Shown: in pieces, positions 46,432-56,512 of the stretch
Layout of the letters: every line of letters begins with the position of its first letter
How positions within the stretch are numbered: position 1 is the stretch's first letter
Origin: an uncultured Gammaproteobacteria bacterium
GTDB taxonomy: Bacteria > Patescibacteriota > Patescibacteriia > S139-126
Assembly (NCBI GenBank): GCA_964620905.1
Contig: CAZUKA010000001.1
Coordinates: 455,646-519,645, forward strand
Reading direction: 5' to 3'
Length of the DNA stretch: 64,000 bases
Made by a program: the position numbers and the translations under genes
Notes under the pieces: model-generated
Databases searched by the model: none
What the model was told of the DNA's origin: nothing
What the model saw: only the letters and a program-made list of their open reading frames with translations

Positions 46432-46830
46432 CTAAATTTTAAAATACACTCTCGCCTGTCTCATATCTTCCATCACTTGTCTGATCAGTTCTGTCTCATC
46501 AGTAAAATCTTTGGTATCACGCAATTTAAAAATAAGTTCTAGTTGCATTTCTTCACCATACAAATCTTCTCGCCAGTTGAACAAATGCGTTTCAACCCTA
46601 ATATTTTCTTCTTTAAATATTTTAACTGGACCAATATGAGTCACGCCATATAATTTTTGTCCCCGAAAGTAAGTCAAACTACACCAAACACCCTGCCAAT
46701 CAGTCAGGGGGTATTTTTCAGCCAAGTGTAAATTGTAAGTAGGAAAACCCATAGTTTTGCCTTTGTCAAAACCATGAATTACATTCCCGCGGATAATATT
46801 TTCTTTCATAATACCAATAAAGTATAACAC
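46432..46830 (-). CDS. Stand-alone riboflavin kinase domain
   Basis: G.VIHG..G..MGFPT.NL, GVW, VETHLF..DLYG, LRD...F...L..Q...D. Confidence 0.85.
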   Translation of the reverse strand: MLYFIGIMKENIIRGNVIHGFDKGKTMGFPTYNLHLAEKYPLTDWQGVWCSLTYFRGQKLYGVTHIGPVKIFKEENIRVETHLFNWREDLYGEEMQLELIFKLRDTKDFTDETELIRQVMEDMRQARVYFKI

Positions 46831-46890
46831 TAAAAATTCAAATAAAAAACTGAAAACCTAAGTTTTCAGTTGTTGTCTTAATTTCGCCCT

Positions 46891-47424
46891 TTAGATAGGG
46901 ATAAAACTATTTTTAAAAATGCTTTTGATTTTTACGTAACCATGCTGATTACAAATTTTTATGATTTTATCAAAAACCTGATGTTTGAATTCGTGATCCT
47001 CCTGCCACAATAAAAATTTGTCTGTCACTGCAACGGATAAACCGGGATTACTAAGTAATTTTTTTTCTATTTCCAATAAATCATGATGGTCAAAATCATC
47101 GTTTTCATTACAAGCAATAAATTTCTGAAATAATCTTTCTTTGGAGCATTGGAATAGAAAAAATTCATACATTGATTGAAATGGGATATAAAGACCCTGA
47201 ATCATAAGTGAAAAATACTTACTTTTTTCATTTTTAACAAAAATCAAATGTCCGCGCTCGTCTACTGCATCTTTATATTCTTCAGCGGTAATATTTATAC
47301 CGCCAATTTTTTCCGGCTCATTAGAATCAACCAAAAAATATCTTTTTTTTCCACTTTCATCCAAAGTGATATAGTATAAACGGTTTAGTTCACCACAGAT
47401 TACAGCTTTGAAAATACGTTCCAT
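46891..47424 (-). CDS. Hypothetical orphan protein (177 aa)
   Basis: Promoter TTGACA-17-TAAGAT, AAGGAG SD, terminator AACTGAAAAC/GTTTTCAGTT at ~46848-46871. Confidence 0.7.
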   Translation of the reverse strand: MERIFKAVICGELNRLYYITLDESGKKRYFLVDSNEPEKIGGINITAEEYKDAVDERGHLIFVKNEKSKYFSLMIQGLYIPFQSMYEFFLFQCSKERLFQKFIACNENDDFDHHDLLEIEKKLLSNPGLSVAVTDKFLLWQEDHEFKHQVFDKIIKICNQHGYVKIKSIFKNSFIPI

Positions 47425-47550
47425 TTTTTCTCCTTTTTTGTGATTGTTTAGTATTTTGTAAGAACAAATAATTTATCTATCTTAAGGTCAAAATAATATT
47501 TTGTCAAACAAAAAAATCCCACTAGTAGCAAGATTTTTTTGTAAAATAAA

Positions 47551-47697
47551 CTATTTTTTATTGCGAAAACGTCCGTAAGTTTTTTTGGCAAGTTTTCCAC
47601 TATGGCGTGATTGTTTGCTTTGCCGACTCATTTTGAATTTTGGCAACTTTACACCAGTTGAAGGATTACCAGAACGCGTTCTATTCTTTTTAAGCAT
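47551..47697 (-). CDS. Small highly basic protein (48 aa), not in ORF track
   Basis: MLKKNRTRSGNPSTGVKLPKFKMSRQSKQSRHSGKLAKKTYGRFRNKK; higher GC than its flanks; hairpin downstream (~47510-47540). Confidence 0.6.
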   Translation of the reverse strand: MLKKNRTRSGNPSTGVKLPKFKMSRQSKQSRHSGKLAKKTYGRFRNKK

Positions 47698-47858
47698 AAA
47701 ATTAATTAAGTTATTTTTAAAATTTTGTGAAATTATGATAACACACTAAGAGAAATAAAACAAGGTTTATAAAATTATAAATTGTAAATTATAAATGAAT
47801 TATAAATTACAAAATTTAAAAATTAAAAATTGGTTTAAAATTTATAATTTAAAATTAC

Positions 47859-48299
47859 TCATCTCTTTCTCTCATACAAACCTGTGATCATTACCCTATC
47901 TAAAACGTGTCCTTCAATCTGATACAAAAAATCTTGATAATCTTCTGGGTTAATTGTTTCTACATCCAAAGCAGACAAAATAAACTGGTAACGATGTACC
48001 CCGCTGGGTGGACACGGGCCATGATATTCAAATTTACCGGCATCATTTTTAATCTGCACCGCTGCTGATGGTAATTGAGTTGAACTTGCCAATGATAAAT
48101 CTTGAGCTGGTAAATTTACTACCAACCAATGCAAAAACCCAACTCCCGGAGCATCTGGGTCAAACATACAAAGAGCCAATGCTTTTGCTACAACTGGAAT
48201 ATCAGTCCAAGCTAAATGTGGTCTGGTGTGTCCACCATCACAAGTAAACCTGGAATCTAAAAATTGATTGTCTGAAAAATCATTACTATAAATTTTCAT
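47859..48299 (-). CDS. YbhB/YbcL (PEBP/RKIP) family protein
   Basis: FTCDG..PHLAW, DPDAP..FLHWLV.N, YHGPCPPSGVHRYQF..ALD. Confidence 0.92.
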   Translation of the reverse strand: MKIYSNDFSDNQFLDSRFTCDGGHTRPHLAWTDIPVVAKALALCMFDPDAPGVGFLHWLVVNLPAQDLSLASSTQLPSAAVQIKNDAGKFEYHGPCPPSGVHRYQFILSALDVETINPEDYQDFLYQIEGHVLDRVMITGLYERKR

Positions 48300-48308
48300 A
48301 AAATTAAA

Positions 48309-48551
48309 TTAGAAACCAAAGCCAAATAAATACCAAGCCAGGAGTGTATGAATGATTACCGAGATATAAAAACCCCACCACATCAAACAATGCCAACGGT
48401 AAAACTTTTTAAACCATTCGTACTGCACCAACTTTTGAAAAATTTTTGGCCCGAGTAGACACCGACAAGAAAAAAAAGTTAAAAGTAAAAATAAAATATT
48501 GGTTATTCCTGCTATTTTAATCACCATCATGGCTAATTGTGAATCAATCAT
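48309..48551 (-). CDS. Small two-TM membrane protein
   Basis: GITN..FFSCRC..FYRWHC..WW..H pattern. Confidence 0.65.
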   Translation of the reverse strand: MIDSQLAMMVIKIAGITNILFLLLTFFSCRCLLGPKIFQKLVQYEWFKKFYRWHCLMWWGFYISVIIHTLLAWYLFGFGF

Positions 48552-48670
48552 ATAAAAAAATTAATATTTATATTTTTAGTATATCATATCCAAAAACACA
48601 TATAAAAAAAGTCCTAAAAATTTGGACTTTTTATAAAAAACGAATTAAAACAGAATCACACAAAAAATTA

Positions 48671-49888
48671 TTAATTATCAAGTTGGTCTTGCCAAACAAC
48701 AATGGATCGAAAAAAATCCTCTTGATATTCTTGTTTTAAAGCCTCACCTGGGGGCAGCACTTCTCGTAAGGGATTTATTTTTACGCCGTTTTTTACCATT
48801 TCATAATGTAAATGCGGTCCAGTTGATAGACCAGTGGAACCTACCAAACCAATAGTATCACCTTGATTCACCTTTTGTCCTCGTTTCACAGAAATTTTTG
48901 ATAAATGAGCATAATTGGTGGTATAGGTGCCATTGTGTCTGATACTTACTTTATTGCCATAAGAACCTTCCCAACCGGCAAATACTACACTACCGTCACC
49001 CACACTCCTGACTGGAGTACCAGCGCTAGCTGCATAATCAATTGCGCGATGTCCAGTAGAAATGTCAAAAGCTTGAATATACCTTAGTCCCGTAGTAAAA
49101 CCGCTGGAAATATATTTGAAAGCTACTGGTGCTTTCAAAAACATTTTTTGTACATTGTTGCCTTCTTCATCATAGTAACCACTATTTCCTTCTGGATCCT
49201 GATAATAAAATGCATAATAAGCTTTACCATCATTGACAAACTTGCCGGCTAATACCTTACCTGGCATCACATACTCATTATTTAAAAATCTTTCTTCATA
49301 GATAAAAGTGTAAGAGTCACCCACCCTAACGTCCATAGCAAAATCCAAACTCCACTGCAATACTTCTGCCCAAGCTATCACTGCTCTTTCGTCAACTCCG
49401 GCGGCCAGAGCATCAGCATACAAAAAATTTTCTATTGTCCCTTGGCTAGTTTTTACTTTCACTTCATAAGGAATTGCCTGTCTAATAGTTTGCCAGCTAT
49501 CATTATTGTTTTTTTCTACCCACAACTCTTCCTCACTATCCAGTTGATAATATAATTTGTAAAACTGATCACTGTCTGGTTGAAAATAAAATCTGACCGG
49601 TCGACCAACATTTATTTTTGCCAAATCGTATATTTCCAAAGCCGACTGATAAATACTTTGGGCTACTGAAGTAGCGAAGCCTTGTTCAGTCATTATTTTG
49701 CCGTAGGTATCATTCTCACTGACAATATACTCCACCATACGATCGGGTGAAACTACCATCTCTTCTTGCTTAACTGGCCCAGCATCAATCTGGGCAGAAC
49801 GTTGCCAGCCATAAAAAACAAATACTCCTATTATTATGAGTATTATTGAGACAACTATGATTTTATAATAATTTTTCATCCGTAACAC
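48671..49888 (-). CDS. M23 family peptidoglycan DD-endopeptidase (MepM/Csd-like)
   Basis: N-terminal TM; HRAID (HxxxD), YAHLS, TGPHLHYE. Confidence 0.93.
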   Translation of the reverse strand: MLRMKNYYKIIVVSIILIIIGVFVFYGWQRSAQIDAGPVKQEEMVVSPDRMVEYIVSENDTYGKIMTEQGFATSVAQSIYQSALEIYDLAKINVGRPVRFYFQPDSDQFYKLYYQLDSEEELWVEKNNNDSWQTIRQAIPYEVKVKTSQGTIENFLYADALAAGVDERAVIAWAEVLQWSLDFAMDVRVGDSYTFIYEERFLNNEYVMPGKVLAGKFVNDGKAYYAFYYQDPEGNSGYYDEEGNNVQKMFLKAPVAFKYISSGFTTGLRYIQAFDISTGHRAIDYAASAGTPVRSVGDGSVVFAGWEGSYGNKVSIRHNGTYTTNYAHLSKISVKRGQKVNQGDTIGLVGSTGLSTGPHLHYEMVKNGVKINPLREVLPPGEALKQEYQEDFFRSIVVWQDQLDN

Positions 49889-49936
49889 CTATACTAGCAA
49901 AAAATATTTGATTTGACTATATTTTTTTTCACATAT

Positions 49937-50932
49937 CTAAAGCAACCAACCGGCAATCAGAAAATAAATAATCACTCCCATCAAATCCTGAATTACAGTA
50001 GCAATGGGACCACTACCATCAGCTGGATCAAATCTAAAACGATAAAACAAATAAGGGATCAGCAAGCTGGTTATCATGGTAGAAAAAATCACTCCGCCCA
50101 AAGCTACCGGGATTATTCGTATGATAGTCAAATCTTGATAACGCAAAAAACCTATTATGACCATGGCTGCACTGATACTAAGAGCAATAATCAAAACTAC
50201 ACTCAACTGTTTAAAAAAATATTTACGAAAATTGAGTTGCGGATTTAAAGCCAAATCACGAATAAAAAATGCCTGGGTTTGCGCTAGTACCGCTCCGCCC
50301 ATGTACATCATCAACGGGATAAAGGCGGCTAAAATAATATTTTGTTGCAAAGTACTCTCAAACAAACCAACTATTTCCGCTGCCAACACTCCCCCCAACA
50401 GTCCAAGCAACAACCAAGGTAAACGATGTAATAATAAACTTTTCATCGGCAAATCAATCACAGTTTCCCTAGCAGAAATTGAGGGTACGCCTGCCAAATG
50501 CATGGCATCTTCCTGACTTTCTGTATAAAGTACAGAAAGAATTGTATCAGACGGCACTACGCCAACAAAAAAACCCTGTTTATCAACCACCGGTATGGCC
50601 TTGAGATTATTTTTCAAAGCCAGTAATGCCATCCGTTCTTGATGAGTGTGCGGATAAGCCACTACTAATTCTTTTTTCATCACATTACCAACCAAAGCAT
50701 CAGCTGCCTGACGCAGAGTATCTTTGATAGACAATGTTCCAACCAATTTACCTATACTATCTACCACATATATATAATTTATAGATTCAAATTTATGAAT
50801 ATCTTGCTCCAACCATTTAGTGACTTCGGTTATTTTTTTATCAGGCCTTACCACCGGTACGGCGGAAATTGCCAACCGACCCGCTGTATGTGGTGGATAT
50901 TGATGTTTGATTTCTTTTATTTGATCAATCAT
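49937..50932 (-). CDS. mgtE: MgtE family magnesium transporter
   Basis: CBS pair; RLPWLL; FIPLMM..GG; DPA..SGP.ATVIQD. Confidence 0.9.
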   Translation of the reverse strand: MIDQIKEIKHQYPPHTAGRLAISAVPVVRPDKKITEVTKWLEQDIHKFESINYIYVVDSIGKLVGTLSIKDTLRQAADALVGNVMKKELVVAYPHTHQERMALLALKNNLKAIPVVDKQGFFVGVVPSDTILSVLYTESQEDAMHLAGVPSISARETVIDLPMKSLLLHRLPWLLLGLLGGVLAAEIVGLFESTLQQNIILAAFIPLMMYMGGAVLAQTQAFFIRDLALNPQLNFRKYFFKQLSVVLIIALSISAAMVIIGFLRYQDLTIIRIIPVALGGVIFSTMITSLLIPYLFYRFRFDPADGSGPIATVIQDLMGVIIYFLIAGWLL

Positions 50933-50936
50933 AAAC

Positions 50937-51956
50937 TTATTCCTTTTTTATAATAATACCACGTTTTGCATCTACTTCCACTAGATCGCCATTCTTTAAT
51001 ACCTGGGTGGCAATCTTTGTCCCAATAATACAAGGCTTTTTTAGCTCTCGTGCCACTACGGCAGCATGGCAAGTAATTCCACCTTCATCAGTAATTATTG
51101 CTAAAGCTTTTTTCATAGCCGGTAAAAAAAGGGGGGTGGTCATTGCGGAAACTAATATTTCGGCTTTTTTAAAGGTGTTGATCTCTGTTTTATTTTTTAT
51201 TATTCGTACCTTTCCCATTACCTTACCTTGATAAGCAATATTTCCACTAAATTTTTTTAATTTAATATTAATACTATGACGAACAAAAACATAACGTGGT
51301 TTTTTTTGTAAAAAAAATTCTAATTCCTCAATTTTAAAATATTTTCCAGGAATAAATACACAATTTTTTGTTCGTAAATTTAACTCCCTTGTAGTTGGCG
51401 GATTGCCAATTTCCTTATAAACTATTGAAAGTGCTTGATTGTAGGAAATATGCGGATATAAAAAATGAATGGTATTTCTTATTATTCTATCACTATTGTC
51501 ATAAAAGGAATCTGCTTGTCTTATTTTGATTGCCTTATTTTTTATATATTGAGGATTTCTTTTATCAAGGCAAGAATAATAATAGATTAAAAAATATTTA
51601 GTTCCTAAATCCATCAATTCAATAAAATCCCTTAACTCTTTTAAATTTGTTAAATACCTTTTACGCCAATACCAAACCATTGTTTGTAATATTTTTTCAT
51701 AAAGCTTTACTGACTTTTCAAAAAAATTATTATCTTGTTTGTTCTTTTTTAATAATTCGTCTTTAAACCATTGTATTGCCCTTTTATTCTCCCAAATTTC
51801 TACCACACCATTATTTATATAAAATATTTGGATAGGTGAATATGGATTTCTTTTATTGTTTACACTCAATAAATAACGTCGGAACCATGGCTCTTGTACT
51901 AAGAAACAATTATCACGTGTATAAGCTTTTAAAAATTTTAATTTTTTTAATTTCAT
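50937..51956 (-). CDS. PEP-utilising enzyme mobile (phospho-His) domain protein
   Basis: C-terminal ILVSAMTTP..AIITDEGGITCHAAVVARELKKPCIIGT..VEVDA. Confidence 0.85.
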   Translation of the reverse strand: MKLKKLKFLKAYTRDNCFLVQEPWFRRYLLSVNNKRNPYSPIQIFYINNGVVEIWENKRAIQWFKDELLKKNKQDNNFFEKSVKLYEKILQTMVWYWRKRYLTNLKELRDFIELMDLGTKYFLIYYYSCLDKRNPQYIKNKAIKIRQADSFYDNSDRIIRNTIHFLYPHISYNQALSIVYKEIGNPPTTRELNLRTKNCVFIPGKYFKIEELEFFLQKKPRYVFVRHSINIKLKKFSGNIAYQGKVMGKVRIIKNKTEINTFKKAEILVSAMTTPLFLPAMKKALAIITDEGGITCHAAVVARELKKPCIIGTKIATQVLKNGDLVEVDAKRGIIIKKE

Positions 51957-51971
51957 TTTTATATTTTATTT

Positions 51972-52976
51972 TTATTTATTATTTAGTGCCAATTGCCCGC
52001 AAGCTGCTTTGATGTCTTGGCCAAAAGTAAAACGCTGGCTTACTTCTAGTCCTTGCTTAGTTAAATACTCTTTAAAAACTTTAATATTTTTCGACTTAGC
52101 CGGCCGGTAAGCATTGGTTGGATTGTAAGCAATCAAATTAACCATAACCAATTTATCTTTTAATAACTCAACTAGTTGCCTGGCCTGCGCTAGAGAATCA
52201 TTTACACCATCAATCATTAGATATTCACACATAACTTTACGATTGGTTTTTTTAATATAATAATCAAGCGCCGACAACACTTCTTTAAGGGGAAAATGAG
52301 TATTTATAGGCATTAGTTTGGAACGCAACTCATCATTGGGTGCATGTAAAGACAAAGCTAGATTGATTTGCATTTTTTCTTCAGCAAATTTTTTTATCTT
52401 GGGAGCAATACCAGAAGTGGAAATAGAAATTTTCCTAGCTCCGATATTGAAAATATTTTCGTCATTCAACTGACGCGCTGATTTTAGTACATTGGTATAA
52501 TTTAAAAACGGTTCACCCATGCCCATATAAACCACATTGGTCACCTGATCCTTTTCACCAAGTTGTTTCAATACTCGATTCCACAACAATACTTGTTCAA
52601 CTATTTCCGCAGTTGTTAAATTTCTCTTCAAACCAAACTTGCCCGTGGCACAAAATGTACAAGCTAGGGAACAACCCACCTGACAAGACACACACACTGT
52701 ATGCCTCTCCCCTTCGTGTCGCATCAATACAGTTTCTATTTTATTGCCATCGTTTAAGGTAATCAAAGCTTTACTGGTTTTTTTATCTTGACTATGAAAA
52801 ATATCTGCTTTTATCTCTAGCGGACAACTGTCTTGCAAAACCTTGCGCAATTTTTGCGGTAAAGTTTTTACCTGGTCCCAATCAGTTACCAAATCTATAA
52901 ACATTGCTTGATTTATCTGTTGCTGACGATATGGCGGTTCCGTTATTAATATTTTGTTCAATTTACTCAAATCCAT
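51972..52976 (-). CDS. rlmN: 23S rRNA m2A2503 methyltransferase RlmN
   Basis: CVSCQVGCSLACTFCATG, MGMGEPF, ISTSG, SLHA, DIKAACGQL. Confidence 0.95.
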   Translation of the reverse strand: MDLSKLNKILITEPPYRQQQINQAMFIDLVTDWDQVKTLPQKLRKVLQDSCPLEIKADIFHSQDKKTSKALITLNDGNKIETVLMRHEGERHTVCVSCQVGCSLACTFCATGKFGLKRNLTTAEIVEQVLLWNRVLKQLGEKDQVTNVVYMGMGEPFLNYTNVLKSARQLNDENIFNIGARKISISTSGIAPKIKKFAEEKMQINLALSLHAPNDELRSKLMPINTHFPLKEVLSALDYYIKKTNRKVMCEYLMIDGVNDSLAQARQLVELLKDKLVMVNLIAYNPTNAYRPAKSKNIKVFKEYLTKQGLEVSQRFTFGQDIKAACGQLALNNK

Positions 52977-53014
52977 TTAAAATTTATCCTTAAATTAGTA
53001 ATTAGTAATTAATT

Positions 53015-53521
53015 TTATATTTTTCTACTATCATACGCCCAATGAAGCAAAGCTTGTCTTTGTTTGGGCCTGCAACCAAAATCTCCCCGCAGGCAATGAA
53101 TTCTAACTGCTGCATAATGACGCCTGATTGCTTTCCATCTTTTTATTTGTCGCCAGTCTTCATCAGGAATTCGCCTACCTAAATAATACCGACAATACCA
53201 CTGAAACCAACCCCTGGGATCTTCCGGGTAAATCCATCCCTTCCTGCGCCATTCAGCCAAGGGCAAACTGGCATCAACTTTAAAATAATTTAATCTGATA
53301 TTTTTCTTTGAACTTAGTTTGGCATTTTTAAACCAATCCTTGGGAAACTCTTTTTTACAATCATTCATATATTTTCCACCAAACACCCCCAAAAACAGCA
53401 TTTCTTTGGGAGTGAGTTCTGGTTTAAACTCAGGATGAAAATTCTTTCCCCTAGGTTCAGTCAGATAATACACATAATTTTTTTGCATTTTATCGTTGAT
53501 CACTACTTTCTTTGGTTTCAT
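53015..53521 (-). CDS. Conserved hypothetical Trp-rich protein
   Basis: LTPKEML.LGVFGG.Y, DPRGWFQWYCRYY.GRR..D.RQIKRW, RQALLHWA; function unknown. Confidence 0.75.
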   Translation of the reverse strand: MKPKKVVINDKMQKNYVYYLTEPRGKNFHPEFKPELTPKEMLFLGVFGGKYMNDCKKEFPKDWFKNAKLSSKKNIRLNYFKVDASLPLAEWRRKGWIYPEDPRGWFQWYCRYYLGRRIPDEDWRQIKRWKAIRRHYAAVRIHCLRGDFGCRPKQRQALLHWAYDSRKI

Positions 53522-53593
53522 AGACTAATTATAGAATAATCACCTCTAAACCAAAAGGTTGAAATTATAAATAATCAAGCCTACAATTAAAAT

Positions 53594-55351
53594 ATGAAAA
53601 CTTTAAACAGAATAATATTTACTTTATTTGTTTTTTTTCTTCTTGGCACTACTACTGCTCAAGCAGAAACTATCCATAGTTTTACTTCAGACATAAAATT
53701 AGCGCCAAAATTTTTTACTATTACAGAAACAATTGTCTATGATTTTGGTGATCTGCAGAAACACGGAATTTATCGTGAGATCCCGATTAAATATCAGACA
53801 AATTATGGCAAAAGAAATATTTCTATCAAAGTACTCAAGGTTTTGCGCAATGGTGCAAATGAAACCTACACAGACAAAATTCAAGGGGAAAATTTGAGTA
53901 TAAAAATTGGCTCGGCTGACATAACAATCACCGGTCGGCAAGAATATCAAATCACCTACCAAGTAACAGGGGCAATAAATTTTTTTACTGACTTTGACGA
54001 ACTGTATTGGAATGTCACAGGTAATAATTGGCAAATTAACATGATACAAGTAACAACGGAAATTAATTTGCCTGCGTCTTCCAAGTTAAAACAAGTTGCT
54101 TGCTATCAAGGCATAGCCGGATCGCAAACACCTTGTCGCCAAGCACAAACTGCAAATAATATTAATTTTCAAACTACCAATATATTATATCCTGGTGAGG
54201 GTTTGACCATTGCGTTGGGACTAGATAAAGGTTATTTTCAAGCTCCAACTATTTGGGAAAAAATAGGCAAAATTATCAAAGACAATATTATTTTGCTACT
54301 ACCACTAATAGTGCTGCTGATAATGTATTTAATCTGGCAGCGTCATGGTAAAGATCCTATTGGTCGTGGCACTATCATTGCTGAATATGAACCACCCCAA
54401 AACGTTTCTCCTACTTTGGTAGGCGCCCTTATTGATGAGAAAATTGATAATCGTGACATTACTGCCGGACTTATACACTTAGCCCAACAAGGTTTTATCA
54501 AAATTAATAGAATAGAAAAAACTAGTATTTTTAAATCAGTTGATTATGAGTTGTTAGTCCTTAAAAATCTACCCGACAAAAATGAAGGGGTAAGTGGTTT
54601 AATCAGTGAAATATTTTTTTCTGAATATAAAAAAGAAAAAGATAAATTTATTTCCTTAAAACTTCCAAACCTAGAGTTAATACCACCAAAAAATAGAGAG
54701 GTCGGCAGTAGTATAAAATTATCAGAGATAAAAAAAGATAAACAAATTGCCAAAAGGATAGCTGAATTTAAAAAAAATGTTAGTGAAGAAATGGTTACTT
54801 TTGGCTGGTATGATAAAAATCCTAACACTGTCAAAATAAAATACACTACTCTGGGTGGACTATTAATAACAATCGGGTTTTTTATCGGCGATTTTGCTTT
54901 TGTTTATTTTTTGTCTTTACTCTTGACCGGTGGAGTAGTAATGATTTTTGGCTGGCTAATGCCCAAAAAAACAGCCTTGGGCGCGGAAGTAAAAAATCAT
55001 TTACTTGGCTTTAAAGAATTTTTATCAGTGACTGATACGGAAAGATTTAAATTTCACAACGCCCCGGCCAAAAACCCTGAACAATTTATGCAGTACTTAC
55101 CATATGCTGTGGCGATGGGGGTAGAAAAACAATGGGCCGAGCAATTTAAAGATATTTATATCCAAAATCCTGACTGGTATCAGGGTAGCGTCACCAATGC
55201 CTTTTTAGCAACTCAATTTGTTGGTGATCTATCTAATTTCAATACTCAAATGGGAAATAATATTTCCCATGCCTCCCGCGGCGGTGCAGGTTCTGCAGGA
55301 GGTGGGTTTAGTGGAGGTGGTTTTGGTGGTGGCGGTGGCGGCAGTTGGTAG
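53594..55351 (+). CDS. DUF2207 family membrane protein
   Basis: HGIYREIP, DELYWNVTG, YLPYAVAMG..WA..F, C-terminal GGGFSGGGFGGGGGGSW. Confidence 0.92.
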   Translation: MKTLNRIIFTLFVFFLLGTTTAQAETIHSFTSDIKLAPKFFTITETIVYDFGDLQKHGIYREIPIKYQTNYGKRNISIKVLKVLRNGANETYTDKIQGENLSIKIGSADITITGRQEYQITYQVTGAINFFTDFDELYWNVTGNNWQINMIQVTTEINLPASSKLKQVACYQGIAGSQTPCRQAQTANNINFQTTNILYPGEGLTIALGLDKGYFQAPTIWEKIGKIIKDNIILLLPLIVLLIMYLIWQRHGKDPIGRGTIIAEYEPPQNVSPTLVGALIDEKIDNRDITAGLIHLAQQGFIKINRIEKTSIFKSVDYELLVLKNLPDKNEGVSGLISEIFFSEYKKEKDKFISLKLPNLELIPPKNREVGSSIKLSEIKKDKQIAKRIAEFKKNVSEEMVTFGWYDKNPNTVKIKYTTLGGLLITIGFFIGDFAFVYFLSLLLTGGVVMIFGWLMPKKTALGAEVKNHLLGFKEFLSVTDTERFKFHNAPAKNPEQFMQYLPYAVAMGVEKQWAEQFKDIYIQNPDWYQGSVTNAFLATQFVGDLSNFNTQMGNNISHASRGGAGSAGGGFSGGGFGGGGGGSW

Positions 55352-55428
55352 TAGTTAATTATTTTATTTAGACAAAATAAAAAACCCGCATATATCTCAA
55401 CGCGGGTTAAAATTTGATTTAACTATTA

Positions 55429-55911
55429 TTAAACAGTTAAATCATGTACTGATTCGTATTCTTTTCTTATTTTGGTTTTTTTAAACCTGATTTCTGGAAA
55501 TTGAATTTTCCACAAAACAAAAACCAAGATGTAAGTGGTCACTACCACTAAAGGGGAAAATACATTTTCCCAATAGAAGTACTCAATTTCCATATTTTTG
55601 AACAGTAAAAAGACTGAGGCTATAATAGCGGAAAAAATTAAAGTACCTAAAGGGATATTTACTGTATTATTTTTTATAAAATAAAAAATAATAACAGCAG
55701 ATATTAAAAATAGATAGAACCAGAAGGCAACGATCGTATGACCGTCTATTAATGTTGCTTCATCCAATTCTGGAAAACCAGATGAAACATAATGATAAAT
55801 GTAGTAGCAGGCATAGTCTGCTTCTGCTAGCATGTCAAATTCTGACAATAAAAAAGTACTTACAAATAACATTATTGTTAACACAACAATGTGCTTTGGC
55901 CTGATATACAT
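55429..55911 (-). CDS. Hypothetical membrane orphan protein (160 aa)
   Basis: Four hydrophobic segments; promoter TTGACA-17-TATCAT; AGGAG SD; terminator AACCCGC/GCGGGTT at ~55382-55408. Confidence 0.7.
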   Translation of the reverse strand: MYIRPKHIVVLTIMLFVSTFLLSEFDMLAEADYACYYIYHYVSSGFPELDEATLIDGHTIVAFWFYLFLISAVIIFYFIKNNTVNIPLGTLIFSAIIASVFLLFKNMEIEYFYWENVFSPLVVVTTYILVFVLWKIQFPEIRFKKTKIRKEYESVHDLTV

Positions 55912-56068
55912 GACTAACTCCTGTTTAATTGAAGAATAATTTATTTAAGAACGAACCCTAAATGATAGCACATTTTTTGTATTTTGTCAATGGTAATTAG
56001 CCAATACCTCTCAATCAAACAAATAAAAAAACCCTTTGTTTATACAAAGGATTTTTGAATATTATTTT

Positions 56069-56443
56069 TTATTCATTGGCCAGTTCACCTATCTCATATC
56101 CGGCTAGAGTATTTTCCTGTAAACTACTACCACCATGCTTTCCGACAAACTTATCGGTCCCATCAACACCACACAGCTGGGTGATAGCTTTTTCACCGCC
56201 AGGATGTTTACCAATCCACTCGGTCAAATCATACACTTGTCCCCTTACCACCGACCAACAATCACTGGCTGTATTGTGATTGGCTACTTCTGACATAGTA
56301 TAAGTTGGATTGCTGATAGTCATGTCTTGGGTATTATTTTCATTTACAGGTGCTGTTTCCACTGGTTGACTGGCTTGTTTGGTGGTACAACCCACTAAAA
56401 AAAATGTTAGTAATATAAAGACGATCAAAAAACTTTTGGGCAT
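56069..56443 (-). CDS. Cytochrome b5-like heme-binding lipoprotein
   Basis: Lipobox LVGC; YT..EVA.HN...DCW....VYDLT.W...HPGG...GVDGT..F...H. Confidence 0.88.
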   Translation of the reverse strand: MPKSFLIVFILLTFFLVGCTTKQASQPVETAPVNENNTQDMTISNPTYTMSEVANHNTASDCWSVVRGQVYDLTEWIGKHPGGEKAITQLCGVDGTDKFVGKHGGSSLQENTLAGYEIGELANE

Positions 56444-56512
56444 ATTAAAATAGTTAATTTTTAGATGCTAAATTATTATATACTAAAAATCAACTATTTC
56501 CAAGGGTGATAT

